Assembly: GCA_010405405.1 (NCBI GenBank)
Contig: MU004230.1
Span: 2,266,627-2,330,626 of the forward strand
DNA from: Microthyrium microscopicum
Lineage: Eukaryota
DNA length: 64,000 nucleotides
Direction: 5' to 3'
Positions within the stretch are counted from its first letter, which is position 1. Every line of letters starts with the position of its first letter. The position numbers and the translations under genes are program-made. Below are positions 1-11,995 of this stretch, in pieces. The notes under the pieces were generated by a model. It did no database searches, had not been told where the DNA came from, and saw only the letters and a program-made list of their open reading frames with translations.

Positions 1-544
1 AAGATAATAATCTACAAGGTAACTGTTATTCTCTAAGATAATAAGCCATTATGTTGTACCTTTTGGTTATACCGTTTGGCCAGGTAGCTATAGTCCATGA
101 CATAGCGTTCGGGGCAGTAGATAAGTCCTCATGAGATCTCTGAAATGACTTTTGAGTAATCTATCTCCACTCTGATTCTCCACAGCTTGGCTCTAATGGT
201 TGCGTTCGTTGTATTACCTTGTAGACAGTCAAGTTTGCGCATGTGTGCCCTACGGTAAACTCATTGCCGTAGATTTACTTTGTTAATGAAATCGAGCCCC
301 AGTAACAACTTCTAGTCCGGCAGCTATAAATCGTGCGCAACGTCCGCGGACGAAGCATAGGGCCAGTGCCCAGGCCCCGGAAGTCGATACTAATTACTCT
401 TAACCGTCAATCTTCAGGCCTTGCCACTGAAATAGCCCATATATATAGGAAAGTAAGGCCTAGAGATCACATAATAGCAGCCGAGCCACTGTTATTATCG
501 TGAAAGTCCCTTAGTTATCTAAGCACTTTGAAAGAATAATAGCC

Positions 545-1891
545 ATGAAGTCTTCAGCCGCCTTCTTACTCCACGCCGCGCTGGCGCTGGCTCATAGTGG
601 AATTAGTAGAGTCACGGTGGATGGCACAGAGTACGTGCTTATTCTAGAATCTGAACCAGAAAGCATCTAACAACAATGGCAGATATCTCACATGGGATCC
701 CCGAATCGATTCTTTCCTAGGCGATGTTAAGCGCGTTGGATGGTCATACGACACATTGAAAATTGCAATGCCTAATGTTGGCCCGGTTTCTGGGCCTCTC
801 TCCGCTAACTTTGCGCCTGTTTCAAACATCGAAAGTCCCGATCTTGCCTGTAAGCTTTCACGATTCGCTGCTGCTAATCGAGTTTGCTAATACTTCAAAG
901 GTGGAAAAAATGCTAAAGCACCAGCACTGAAGGCTGTTACTCGCGCAGGTGCTCCTGTTAGCGTTAAGTGGTCTAACATCATTGAGATGCACCGTGGACC
1001 AATTATCACTGTAAGTTGTCCCTTTTGAACGGCATACATACTACAGAGACTAAGACACCTTCAGTGGATGGGCCAATACACACCCGGCATGTCGCCAAAC
1101 GAAGTCAAATTCTTCAAGGTAGACGCACCAAGCTATGATGCTAAGACAGGTAAGACATGAATCTCTATCTTTGTGGAAGAAGTTATAACATGAACAGATA
1201 CTTGGGCCAACGAACGGGCAGCCAGGAACAACCAGACCCACACATTCATGATTCCCAGCGATATCAAGCCAGGAGCATATGTTGTAAGAACCGAGTTGCT
1301 TGCACTTCATACCAACTCGCCATCTTTTGCCCTGACCCCTCTTGGAGGACCAGAATTCTATCTTGGCTGCTTCAATGTAGACGTTCAAGGCAGTGGAACT
1401 GCTACTCCCGAAGGTTCAACTTTCCCAGGAGCATACAAGAAAGGAGACAAGGGATTGACGTTCGCCCCATACTACGGTACTGGATCCGGTGTTGAGGTAG
1501 ACAGCAAATACGTAAGCATACGCGCCATAGTGAAAGAAAGTTGTCAATGAGTGAATCTGACTTTTCATAGGTTGTTCCTGGACCAGCCCTTTACGAAGGC
1601 AAGCACGACGCCCCGGCCGGCTCACCACCCGCCGTCAAGGAGACGGGCAAATACGCTCCTGCACTTCAAGCCAAGTATGACGTCCTCAAGACCGATATGG
1701 AACAAAATGGTGGAGCGATCATCAAATTGGTCAACAAGGCATGGCCAGCAAACCAGGAGCTCGCAGAGGCTGGATTGAATTACATCAAGATGCAGTTTTC
1801 CACCGAATGGCGGGATACAATGTCGAAGTATGAGGGTACTAGGAAGGAAGTAGATAACTTTAAGGCAGAGCTTGATAAACAGAAGCAGTAG
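545..1891 (+). CDS. AA9 (GH61) lytic polysaccharide monooxygenase, secreted, multi-exon, with C-terminal extension
   Basis: ATG at 545 gives signal peptide MKSSAAFLLHAALALA followed by mature His1 (HSGISRVTVDG). Spliced exons give SPDLACG, EMHRGP (second brace His), KFFKV, IPSDIKPGAYVVRTELLALH, EFYLGC, FPGAY and VVPGP. About five short GT-AG introns (e.g. 631-682, 1011-1064). Stop at 1889-1891. Confidence 0.9.
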
Positions 1892-2226
1892 ATCAAATGA
1901 TCTCGAGCTTCTTAAACACTATGTACTTGTACTGATCTTAATGAACACCCTTTCATCTGAAGAATGGACATATCGATCATCGTGTTATGACTCAAGGCGG
2001 CCGGGCATATGGTGCTCAGGCAGTGATTTGCTGAGGAGTGGTATCGCGACTTTGCTGTCATTGCCTTATATCCAGGTTTGAGACATAAGTCTATCTTCAG
2101 ATATATCGAGATGTTAAGAATCTCATCTTAGATAACACTACCTTGGAAGAGATCACACTACAAGTAGGTAGCCATGTTGCGCTACGCTGTTGACATTGCA
2201 AGATTTATTCAAAGTACATCATATGA

Positions 2227-3435
2227 TTATACTCGACTTTGGCGCTTCAGTCTCTCTTGCTGCCTTTTCCGAATTTCAGTGCTACTGAGTTTTGTTGCTA
2301 GCAGATCCGAGTCTAGCTTTTCTTCTTCACTAGCATCTAGCACGTCAACTTCTAGGACAATAAGGCTCGCCATGTCAACCTCATTTCGTTTGTCATTGAC
2401 CATTTTACCGCCACTGCGAGTTTCCGCCGAGACAATCAAGGTCTCAATGGTCGGGTCCGTAATGGTGGGTCCAAAGGGGTCCCAGATCTCGACATAGCGA
2501 AGTAGAAGATTGCCAGCTGATGTCGATATCCGCACCAGTAATGCGTGACCATTGGGTCCAGGATTGTGAACTTCTTCCAACTGCTCTTTGTCCTCTTCAA
2601 GAAGCATAATACCACGCAGGAATGCATGAGTCCGATCCGTTCGGGTGCGCCAGGATTGTAGTAATTCGGCATATTGCTTTTTCGCAAGCAAGTCCGCGGC
2701 CGTCATTCCGATCGTCACTGTCTTTTCTGCTTCGCTGGAGCCGTCCGCTGGTGGATCAAGGGCAAATGCTGTCATAGTGAGAAGCAACTTGTGTCCGATG
2801 TGCAAGTGGTCAAACGTCCCACCCACGCATACCGAGTTGCTGCGCTTTACTTCCGAGCCGACGCTTTTGCTAGCTGACTTATCCACCTGCACAACGCCTC
2901 CTCTTAACTTGCTGAATTCCGCTTTGCTTCCTTTCCATAATGTCTTGAAGTTTTTCACCAACTGCTCGCCCTGCTCAGTCTCCACTGACCATATCCTGTC
3001 CCATGCGCGACCGGATTCCGCCAATTGCGACAGCTCCACTACCGGGCCAAACCAACCACTTGTATCCTTGGCTGTTGCAACCTCGAGTATGCCATTGCGA
3101 GGATATGCTATGAGCAGCACCCTTACATCGACCGCGTCGCCATCTACATCTGCCGTCTCAATGTTTTGCCGCGCGGCAATGATGCTGACTAGCTTGTATA
3201 CATTGGCGACAGCTGCTTGTGTCTGCGCGTATAGCTCTGCGCGAGAAGCGGATGATTTATAGAGATGCGGACATGGCAGTGCAATATCGAGGATGCAGCG
3301 GCCGGAAATAGTTTCTTTGAGCTGCCGCAATGCCAAGAGCAGAGGAGCCTGATACGTGGCTTTCACCGTTGGATAAGTCGCTGGCTCGGGTATTGGTGGA
3401 AGAAGGAGGAGAGACTGAGGACTGGAGGAAGTCAT
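2227..3435 (-). CDS. CAB4: Pantetheine-phosphate adenylyltransferase (cytidylyltransferase family)
   Basis: 402-aa ORF with VGGTFDHLHIGHKLLL (HxGH), DPFGPTITD, IVSAET and KLSSTEIR motifs. Confidence 0.88.
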   Translation of the reverse strand: MTSSSPQSLLLLPPIPEPATYPTVKATYQAPLLLALRQLKETISGRCILDIALPCPHLYKSSASRAELYAQTQAAVANVYKLVSIIAARQNIETADVDGDAVDVRVLLIAYPRNGILEVATAKDTSGWFGPVVELSQLAESGRAWDRIWSVETEQGEQLVKNFKTLWKGSKAEFSKLRGGVVQVDKSASKSVGSEVKRSNSVCVGGTFDHLHIGHKLLLTMTAFALDPPADGSSEAEKTVTIGMTAADLLAKKQYAELLQSWRTRTDRTHAFLRGIMLLEEDKEQLEEVHNPGPNGHALLVRISTSAGNLLLRYVEIWDPFGPTITDPTIETLIVSAETRSGGKMVNDKRNEVDMASLIVLEVDVLDASEEEKLDSDLLATKLSSTEIRKRQQERLKRQSRV

Positions 3436-3968
3436 TTTGTGTGTTTAATGTTTGGAGTGGAGGTTCTAGTAGGCAAATGGTATTTTGATGGAGTGAAGTT
3501 GCGTCCTGAAGACCGAGGATCGTGGACGACTCGTGGAGGACCGGGATGACCCATGACGCGATCTACTCCATCATAAGGCTGGAAAAAGCAATGGTCGACT
3601 CTCATTTTGCTATCTAAAGCATATTCAGGAGTAAATACACGAAGATGAAAGTGGTGTTGGCTTTGCAAAATGTAGTTTCTTGGAATTTATTCTGTATTTA
3701 AACTACAGAGATGCAAGGCTAGAAACCACCTAGACAAGTCACATAATACGTGTATAAGGAAAATCAAGAGATACTTAACAAATAGGAGCATCAATGCAGA
3801 TTACAAAGACTGAATTTATATAGCAATAAAATGATATAAGGAAGCCTATTAGTGGCACTGGGTTTAATATCGGATGTGCCGTTATATAGATTAATTCTGG
3901 TATATAATCTTCAGCAAAGCCCTCTCTCTTGACAATGCAGGTACTTCTATCACAAAAGTTTGTGTACA

Positions 3969-5166
3969 ATGGCGATATATACATTTCTATTAGTGTTCGC
4001 TACCACCTGCTTGGCGGCACCGAGCGCAGCAGAGTCTCTCGTGGTCACCGACACGCCGGATCATGTTCGCCCATACGTCGTTCCTCATCTTACCGGCCAT
4101 GTTGTTGGGAACAACCGCTTCCCAATCACTGCTGCTTCTTCAGGAGGTTCAATGACCTTGCTGAGCACCAATGCCGGACGATCAGAATATCTTAGTGTAC
4201 CTCCTCATTCGCATAAGCGGGGATATGAGAACTTCTTCTGCTCAAGAGGCGCTTTACAGCTCTGGCTGGCGACAAGCAATACCGATCAACAGCTACGCTT
4301 ACTAGAGCCAGGCGACATGGGAGCATCGCCGCCAGGTCGGATCCATGCTTTCCAGACAATGCGCCCAGACACAGAGCTTTTTGGCGTCACATTTCCAGGA
4401 GGACTCGAGTAAGTTAAGAGGCAGTGACAAGAAATAACTGCAATCTGATCAAGTGTTGAACTTGTGCTAAAATTTTATTAGGAAGATGTTCTACGCAGGC
4501 GGCGGAAACGCAACATTCGCCACATCGACTCCATTCGATCCAGCGCCATTCAAATTCACTCCCGGAGCCGCAGCACCACCGCGTACGGCTCCTCGACCAG
4601 GCGGTACGACATCCTCAATGCAGGAGGTATTCGACATCTACCCAGTACAAGGATTCACTGCCAGAACCGACGTTGGCAATGGCTCAGCTCCAGCCAGTCC
4701 TCATTGGCATGTACGCAACGAGCCACTACCCAAAGATACCAGCGCACCCTTCTACGTCGCCAACAACTTTGCGCCAAAATTCCTCAACTCGGAGAATGGA
4801 TACACAATCGTCTCGCCCATCAACACCTCTCCCCGATCCGCGCCGTACAACTTTACGCTTTCATACCTTACAATGTCGAAACCGAAGGATGTTGCAGCAG
4901 TGCCATGGCGAACATTTGAGGAGCATGGCGCGTTCCGGATACAAGATGGGGCGTTGAGCATGACGGTAGATGGATATGGTGATTATGTGCCTATGCACTA
5001 CGGGGACGTCGCTTTTATACCAAAAGGAACCAAGTATAAGATCCATGCACTGGTACCGGGTACAAAGACGTTGTATGTTGCTGTGAATGGCAACGGGCTA
5101 GATGCTCTTCTTATGCGCACAGCAAAGCCTTGGGACAGTGCGAGTTGGCCAGCGGCATTTGCCTAG
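3969..5166 (+). CDS. Secreted quercetin 2,3-dioxygenase (bicupin)
   Basis: Signal peptide MAIYTFLLVFATTCLA. PPHSHKRGYENFFC and a downstream IHAFQ match the H-x-H-x4-E...H metal-ligand pattern of fungal quercetinases. Intron 4409-4481. Second cupin includes GDVAFIPKGT. Confidence 0.85.
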
Positions 5167-5295
5167 ATTAGATAGCGGAAGATGCTATCAGGGAAAAAGA
5201 GGAATGTAACATTTCAATTATTCTCAACTGAACAGAACCCGCTGCTGGACGCGGGTAAAATTAAACAATCAACAACAAATAGCTGTCAAGCTTGT

Positions 5296-7418
5296 TCACG
5301 GTGGCGGACGAGGACCAATAATTTGTCGCTTACCGCCAAATCCAATACCAGGCGCAATCTTGTTTTGTGAATCACCGCCTGTGTAACCGTATTGATTGAC
5401 GTCCCAGCTTTGCCCGGCTCCAGCGCCTGCATTAGGGTCGCGTGTTGCGGTACGCGCTTCTTTCTGAGATGCCTCCCATTCTCGCTGTCTTTCACGCTCA
5501 CGCTCCATTTCGCGCTCTAGTAGACTTTTGCCGGCCCAGCCACCAGCTTTGGTTTTGGTCTGTGAGGCTACGCGACGAGTGTCCTCTCCGCGACGCTCTG
5601 ATTCTGATGTTAGACCTAGTTCAGCGGGATAGTGTGACCTGGGTTTGACTGGCTCTGGAGCACGGTTTTGTGAGAGGAAGCGCTCGGTTCGGTTCATAGA
5701 TGGGTTCGCGTTGTTATATGCTGTAGGGTCCGGGAGGGGCCTCGATGTTGGAGGTGGAGCTGTAGGTTCTGGAAGAGGACGGGCAGTTGGCTTTGGTGCT
5801 GCCATGGGATCAGGCAATGGGCGAGTTGAGTTACTACGCGGACGCGTCGAATTGCTCCGCGATTGAGATTGCATTTCGGGTTGAGTCTGGTTTCGATATG
5901 TTGAGTTGCTCCGTGACCGAGATCGTACCTCTGGTTGAGCCTGGTTTCGATACGTTGAATTGCTCCGTGATCGAGACTGCACTTCTGGTTGAGCCTGGTT
6001 GCGATATTCAGAATGTTGCTTTCGAAGATATTCCCTCTCATCTGGGGCCCATGAAACGTTACTCTCCTGTGGGGACGGTGGACGGGATGCTGGTCTAGGC
6101 CTACTTCTTGATCGAGCTCGCTGTTTACGATCTGCGCGCCGCTCATCACGCTTTTGACGCTCCTCCTCATACTGTCGCTCTCGTTCTTTGGCTTCCGCTA
6201 GCTGTCGCTCCAGGTCTTCAATGCGAGTAAGCTCCGCATTTCGCTCGGGGTCATTGTAACTCGTCTGACGACTTCGGACTGTTTGTTCTGTTTGATATTC
6301 GCTCAAGTACTGTCCACGTAGTCGGGCATCACTAAGACCTCGTCTACGTTGTGTTTCCTTGCTATCGCGTTGCTGTGCATCACGCTCCTCCCTCATTCTC
6401 TCTTCTTCGGCTTCTTTCCACTTTTGCTCCTGCTCTTCCCATTCAAGCTTCTGGCGCTCTACTCGCTTCTTTTCTTCTTCACGTTGTTTTTGAGCCTCGT
6501 CTTCCCATCGTCTTTCTTCGGCGATTCTATCGCGCTCTTCTTCTGCAGCTCTCTCTACCTGGCGCTTCGCTTCGGCTTCTTCCGCAAGCTCGCGCAGTTT
6601 TTCGTCATCAGCTTCTTTTTCGCGGCGCTTTCGTTCCTTTTCTGCAAGACTTGGGACAAAGGGTCCGGGAGTGGTCAGCTGTCGTCGCGCACCAAATGAG
6701 ATCCCTTGGTTGCCTTGGCTAGCACCACCCATATAGCCCGAATAAAGAATGGATGATTGACCCAGGAATGCGGTACTCATCGGTCTCGAATTATTGTTTG
6801 ATCGCGGAGGGGATGCAGGTCCTCCTGTATGTTGATAAGTGAGACCACGACTCCGCCCAGAATTGGAATAATCCGATGTCGCAGACCCGTTAGATGCGCC
6901 AGTATGTGTAGGACTCATTGCTCCACCGCGTTTGGGACCAATAGCAGTCGGATACTTGTTGGGAAAGATGGTATTGGACACTCTACTGAATGCGCTCAAG
7001 CATTGGAGGACTTGCGCGGGATCCTTTGCTTCAAATAAATCAACGGTAAGGAATCGATCGTGAGAAGGAAGATTGAAGGGTGGTTTTTCGCAGGCTGTAA
7101 GGAAGTGTGATATATTTTCCATCTGGATGAAAGGCATGTTTGATTTCTTGAATTTGATACCCGGTGGCGGAAGACCAAGGTTGGCAAGCCTATGTAACTG
7201 TTAGACGGGATCTGGAATTATGGATATGCGACATGTGCTTATAGAACATACCGACATAATATCGTGCCATCTTTTAAAACGTCAAGAATATCACCTTGAG
7301 GGATGGTTTCGCCGAGGGTATCCTCAATCCAGGCGCGAATCTCTTTAGAAGCGCCGGGAGTGTAGCGCGCCATCCTCAAACGCTTCATATCAGCGTCAAG
7401 GTTTGAGACACTCGCCAT
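5296..7418 (-). CDS. Calponin-homology (transgelin/Scp1-like) protein with long coiled-coil and Pro/Arg-rich tail
   Basis: Exon 1 reads MASVSNLDADMKRLR...WIEDTLGE...LKDGTILC. Intron 7190-7251. Exon 2 has MPFIQMENISHFL and FLTVDLFEAKD, plus the calponin-like motif YSGYMGGASQGNQGISFGARRQ. Confidence 0.85.
5845..6010 (-). repeat. Three ~54-bp coding tandem repeats (YRNQAQPEVQSRSRSNST)
   Basis: Seen in the translation of ORF 5296..7137. Confidence 0.8.
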
Positions 7419-8129
7419 GGTTGCGGATGCTCTGGACGAATTACTTTAAACGGCGCAATTCTGATGCCCAAATTGGGAGCCTAAGATGGGCTAGAGAATA
7501 GACGTTAGGTTAGACGCAAGAGGAGTGGTTGAAGGAGGATGGAGATAGTTGGGAACAACAGAAGTAGTGCGACGTGATACAGGGAAAAGGTGGAGAATAA
7601 TGGTGAAGATCAGGATATTGAAGATGTTGGATTGTGATTGTTTAGGAGGACTCGGATCCATTCTCGCGCTCCAGGGTTGTCGCAGCTGTGGATGATGCAG
7701 AGTTACAGATGTGGCTGGAAGTGGCTAGTGTACATCATCTCTGCCTGAATATGGAGATCGTTAGTTATATCGGGCCCCAAGGCTTCAGGGCAGATGTATA
7801 AGGCATTCAATCTGATGTTGTCTGTTGATTCTAACAGATAACAGTTCGCATTATGTCTTGATTGACACCTCTAATATTGTCATCAGAAGAACGTCTTTGA
7901 ACACCTAATACGCATGCAAGTACTTTCCGCGCTCGAAAGCAGATTCATGGAGTAGAGGCTGAAATAAGGTTGGCTCAAACTTGTCTTGGCTTTTATCGCG
8001 AAGTCCATGCTCATTTCTTGGCGATATAGTTTCCCTTATTGATCTGTCGCCACCCGATCGAGCCGAATTCAACGTCGTCCCTTCATCGATCTTACAGATG
8101 GACCTTGGCTTCACCATATACACACCTCA

Positions 8130-8766
8130 ATGACTGCGATAACATCTCCAACTGCCTTCAGTAGACTTTGGCTCCGATGGAAAGCCCTTAGACTTCCATG
8201 GCGCAAACAATTTTTATGCGGTACGCATCATCCATTTTCGAGCCTACAACATCAATTAAACTCTCATACTAGGCTCAGATCTCGCCGGTAATACCTTCTG
8301 GGAGTTTCGTTTGTCTGGCCAAGAATCAGAACGGTTGCGCCGCATTGTCAAATACCCCCGCGAAGCCCAAATGTCTGACGTGGAAGTTGCACCGCAATGG
8401 ATACAATGGCTTCGACACACACGTCGAGATCCTCCCAGTATACAAGAGCAGCAAATGGATGTTGTAAGGCAGGAGCGGATGAAAGTTTTGGCTGCGGAAG
8501 CTGATGCCAAGTGGGCTGCGAAAGATTCATATCTGGAAATGCCCGCTCAAGCTCCAACGCCTAGTGCTAAGAGCGATTTGGACCGAATGGCACAACAGTT
8601 CCTGCCACCACAATCAACAGAAGAGACCAGGCATTCTCCCGGTGCCCAAGTCAAGCAGACTGAATCAACTCGTGAAGCTAGATCAGAGCAAGCTTCGCCT
8701 TGGGCCGCGTCCACAAAAACCAAGGATGAGCCTGAGTCGTGGAGTCCGAAGACTATCAGACGTTAA
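8130..8766 (+). CDS. NDUFA12/NDUFAF2 (mimitin)-family complex I protein
   Basis: Exon 1 MTAITSP...LRWKALRLPWRKQFLC, intron 8221-8272, then GSDLAGNTFWEF...RRIVKY...PQWIQWLRHTRRDPPS. Confidence 0.85.
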
Positions 8767-10916
8767 AAGGCACTGATCGAATGATGTTGACTTTCTAGCG
8801 CTCCAATCGCATTCGATACCAACCTCATCATTGCAATGTATGGTTTATTCTTCCGTTGATATTGTCCATGTATAATATCAGAGCTCGCGCCCATGAACGC
8901 ATGTAGACACGAGCATATGAACGCAAATGCTTAGCTGAATAGCCACCACAGACTCATATCCGATCCGTGGCGAGGAAACAAGTGTCCGGCTAGTATATCA
9001 ACACGGTATTTGCCGAATGAGCAAATATTGCTTCATTACTCTAAATATCCCGCTTCGCATATGTTTTCCAACGATGAATACTGTGTACTCAAATTGCCGG
9101 ATTTTCGGCATGAAAGGCTTATTCCATTTCGTCATTCTAAGATTGCATGATGAGTTTTTAGATGTGGACACAATATTCCGCTCGCAACGTGACGATGTTG
9201 AGATTATCCCGGTAAGAGCCTGAATCAATTGTAAGGAATGGAAACTGATGGCGAGTACATAGTGACTTTTATGTCTTTTCCACCAATTATTTGTGTATTC
9301 TCGTTCTAAAAACAAACAACGCTCTTCATCCCCGGAGTTGAAGCACTCGCACGGCTTCAATCAAAGGCTCGCGCTCGAACTGGTGACACGACCAGTAATT
9401 GCCCACGAACCTCACTGGTTCTCGGTATGCAGACAGAGTATGACCAGGTTTGCTACAGTGAACTCTGTCAACGTAAGCTTCATCAATATTCTCTTGGCGG
9501 GTCGGAGAGTAATGAGCCGCCACTACATCCCGCAAATCGCGCCAATGCCAGGCTGGTGGAGATCTATACTGACGAGTGCAGTCTTTATTTTGCAACGGCT
9601 TTGGTCAAATTGATCAAGACAAGAGGCTCACTCTTAATTTGTCATATCGTCTAGACCCTTTTGTTGTTGCAGATCTCTTCTCAACCCGGTCTCAGGAGCC
9701 AGTGACGAAAAAGGCTTCATTTGCAACAGACAATATCCTCCTCGCCACACCTTTGCGTACCACTGCCCTGATTGTTCGTGATGCAATCTAAATCATGGAA
9801 TACACACGGCGTAAATCATCTAGCATATCTCTCGTTCGCAACTCGAATGGAGCGCGATTTGAGCGAATTGCCCCGGATCTTTACAGAAACAACTTTGATA
9901 ACTATAAATTGCCTGGTGGCCCAGAAAAGGCAAGCGCAACTCTAAGACTGCAGTCCTTATCTAAGGTTGTTTGAGTTTATGCCAAGCAATAGCATCGTTA
10001 TGCGTCTAACAGAAGTCTAATTTTGTAATTGGATCGTTCACGCTCCCCAGAATTCGGCTACATATGACAGCATCCTAAACGTGGCCGGTTCAATCTAAGT
10101 TCGGTGTTTCATGTCCAGGATTAAGTTGATCATCATGATTGTGCCATAGAAAATTGTTCAGGCCAGCAAAACAAGGTTATCACTAAAAAGACTTTGCTCC
10201 GGACGGAAGTCGGCACCCCAAACCAAGCTTTTTCTTCTAATAAATGACGAAAATCTCAAGCAGGGAGTTCGATCGGGAGTGATTTCCGAAATGCGGCATA
10301 CCTGGCAAAGTGATGTGAAGTTGAAGAGACACACCAAATGCCCTGCATATCGCTCGCGCAAAGGATGAACCACCGCATACCGCCTTATTTTTAGTCTGAT
10401 TCATCGATGCCCGGCGACTGGTAGAAGTAACCGAGTTTGAACACTCAAAGCTTAACTCGTAGGACCGATGTCATCCTGGTTCTTGTTGGGCTTATGGCGT
10501 GGCGGCTTTCGCATTTCGTAGGGCTTATACACAAGCACGAAGTAAATTGATGAGTTTGTGGATGTCTTCTTGAAATTTTAATCTATTTAGTCGAATTGCA
10601 CGTTTCTCTTACGTCAAATATCGTTATTCCCGTATATAGCCTTATGCTTCTGAGCCAGTCTATCCTCATGAACCATGACAGGATAGACTATGCGTGAATT
10701 ACCTGGGACTCGTCACCTACGCTCGTATTATGCGCTAGAGGGTTCACTCTGCATCTGTTTTTGGACCTGTCTGCCCGAATCTTAGGGTATTAGTGGTATG
10801 CTATAGATTTGGTACCTGAGCAAGTAAAGTCCGTAAAAACGATTGGTGGAATGTCTATAGTTTGTATGTACCCATTCATGATGATCTTGTAAAGGCAATT
10901 GAGGGACCTCGACAGA

Positions 10917-10923
10917 TATAAAA
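10917..10923 (+). promoter_or_regulatory. TATA box of the small secreted protein gene
   Basis: TATAAAA about 110 bp upstream of ATG 11030, followed by a CT/CA-rich leader. Confidence 0.6.
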
Positions 10924-11029
10924 GGCATCGAGAGTCAACACTTCTCTCTTCTTCTCATCCACATCAACTCAATTCAATTCATACATTCCTTCCAACCAAA
11001 CACTCTTTCCAACCAACCAACCTTTCAAA

Positions 11030-11453
11030 ATGCAATTCAAGGCTGTCATCTTCGCCTTTTTGGCTACTGCTTTCGCCGCTGAGCAAGCACCAGCGAGCGC
11101 TGCCGCTCCAGCTGCACCAGCTGCTGAAGCCACTGCTGCTGCTGAAGCTGATCGCCCATATGGAGGCCGGGGCAATTATAACAACAACGGCTACCGTGGG
11201 GGCAACGGTTACCGCAATGGAGGTAAATCATACCAAAGCACATGATGGAGAATCAGCCTAACGTCGATAGGATATCGTGATGGTGGACGCGGTTACAACC
11301 ACGACGGAGGTCGAGGCTATGGAGGGAGAGATGGAAGATATGGAGGACATCGCGACGGAGGTGAGTTCAATCAAGCGGCACAAAGACGAATGGTTTGCTA
11401 ATTTCGAATCAGGATACGGTCGAAACGGTGGATACGGTGGTCGACACTACTAG
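11030..11453 (+). CDS. Small secreted Gly/Arg/Tyr-rich protein (~107 aa), 3 exons
   Basis: Signal peptide MQFKAVIFAFLATAFA, then an Ala/Pro/Glu linker and GYR/GGRGY repeats. Introns 11223-11270 and 11361-11412 both have CTAA branch sites. TAG at 11451-11453. Confidence 0.85.
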
Positions 11454-11995
11454 ACTTAGCCAGCATTTGATGCGCTGGGTCCAGATGGTTAAGTCAACTA
11501 CTCTAATGATAGGAGGAGTTGATAGAAGATTGCTTTCGAAAATTCTCTTCTGATCTGACCAAATTTTTAAAAATGCATATTATTCACAAACCATATCCAT
11601 CCTATCCTCGACGTGCCTTAAATTTCCAGTTTGTATCTATAGTTGGGCAGATAAACTCGGGCAGCTGAAGTTAAGAGATATCTGAGATATGTCAGCCTTG
11701 CCCTCAGCCTTATGGTACCGACTTGGCAACGTAGATTGGAGATGATTTGGCAGATTGTCTAAAATCTACTTTTAAAATCCTACACGCCGTCAGTACAGCG
11801 GATAATTATAAGAATCTACGTCGTCAGGCCAAATTTACTACTTTGATAAGCGCAGTCTCACATATCCACAATTATATTGAGCTAATCTCTATCTATAACT
11901 AGCATGAAGGGAGAGATATGCCCGTATAATGTTAGCGTAGGAATACCATTTCGAACACATTACTCTCTATTTGGATATGAATTGATATGCTGGAG

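Noticed and set aside
8998..9791. Cluster of short overlapping ORFs
   Set aside because: No recognisable motif or consistent exon chain. It could be a decayed gene but I cannot support that.
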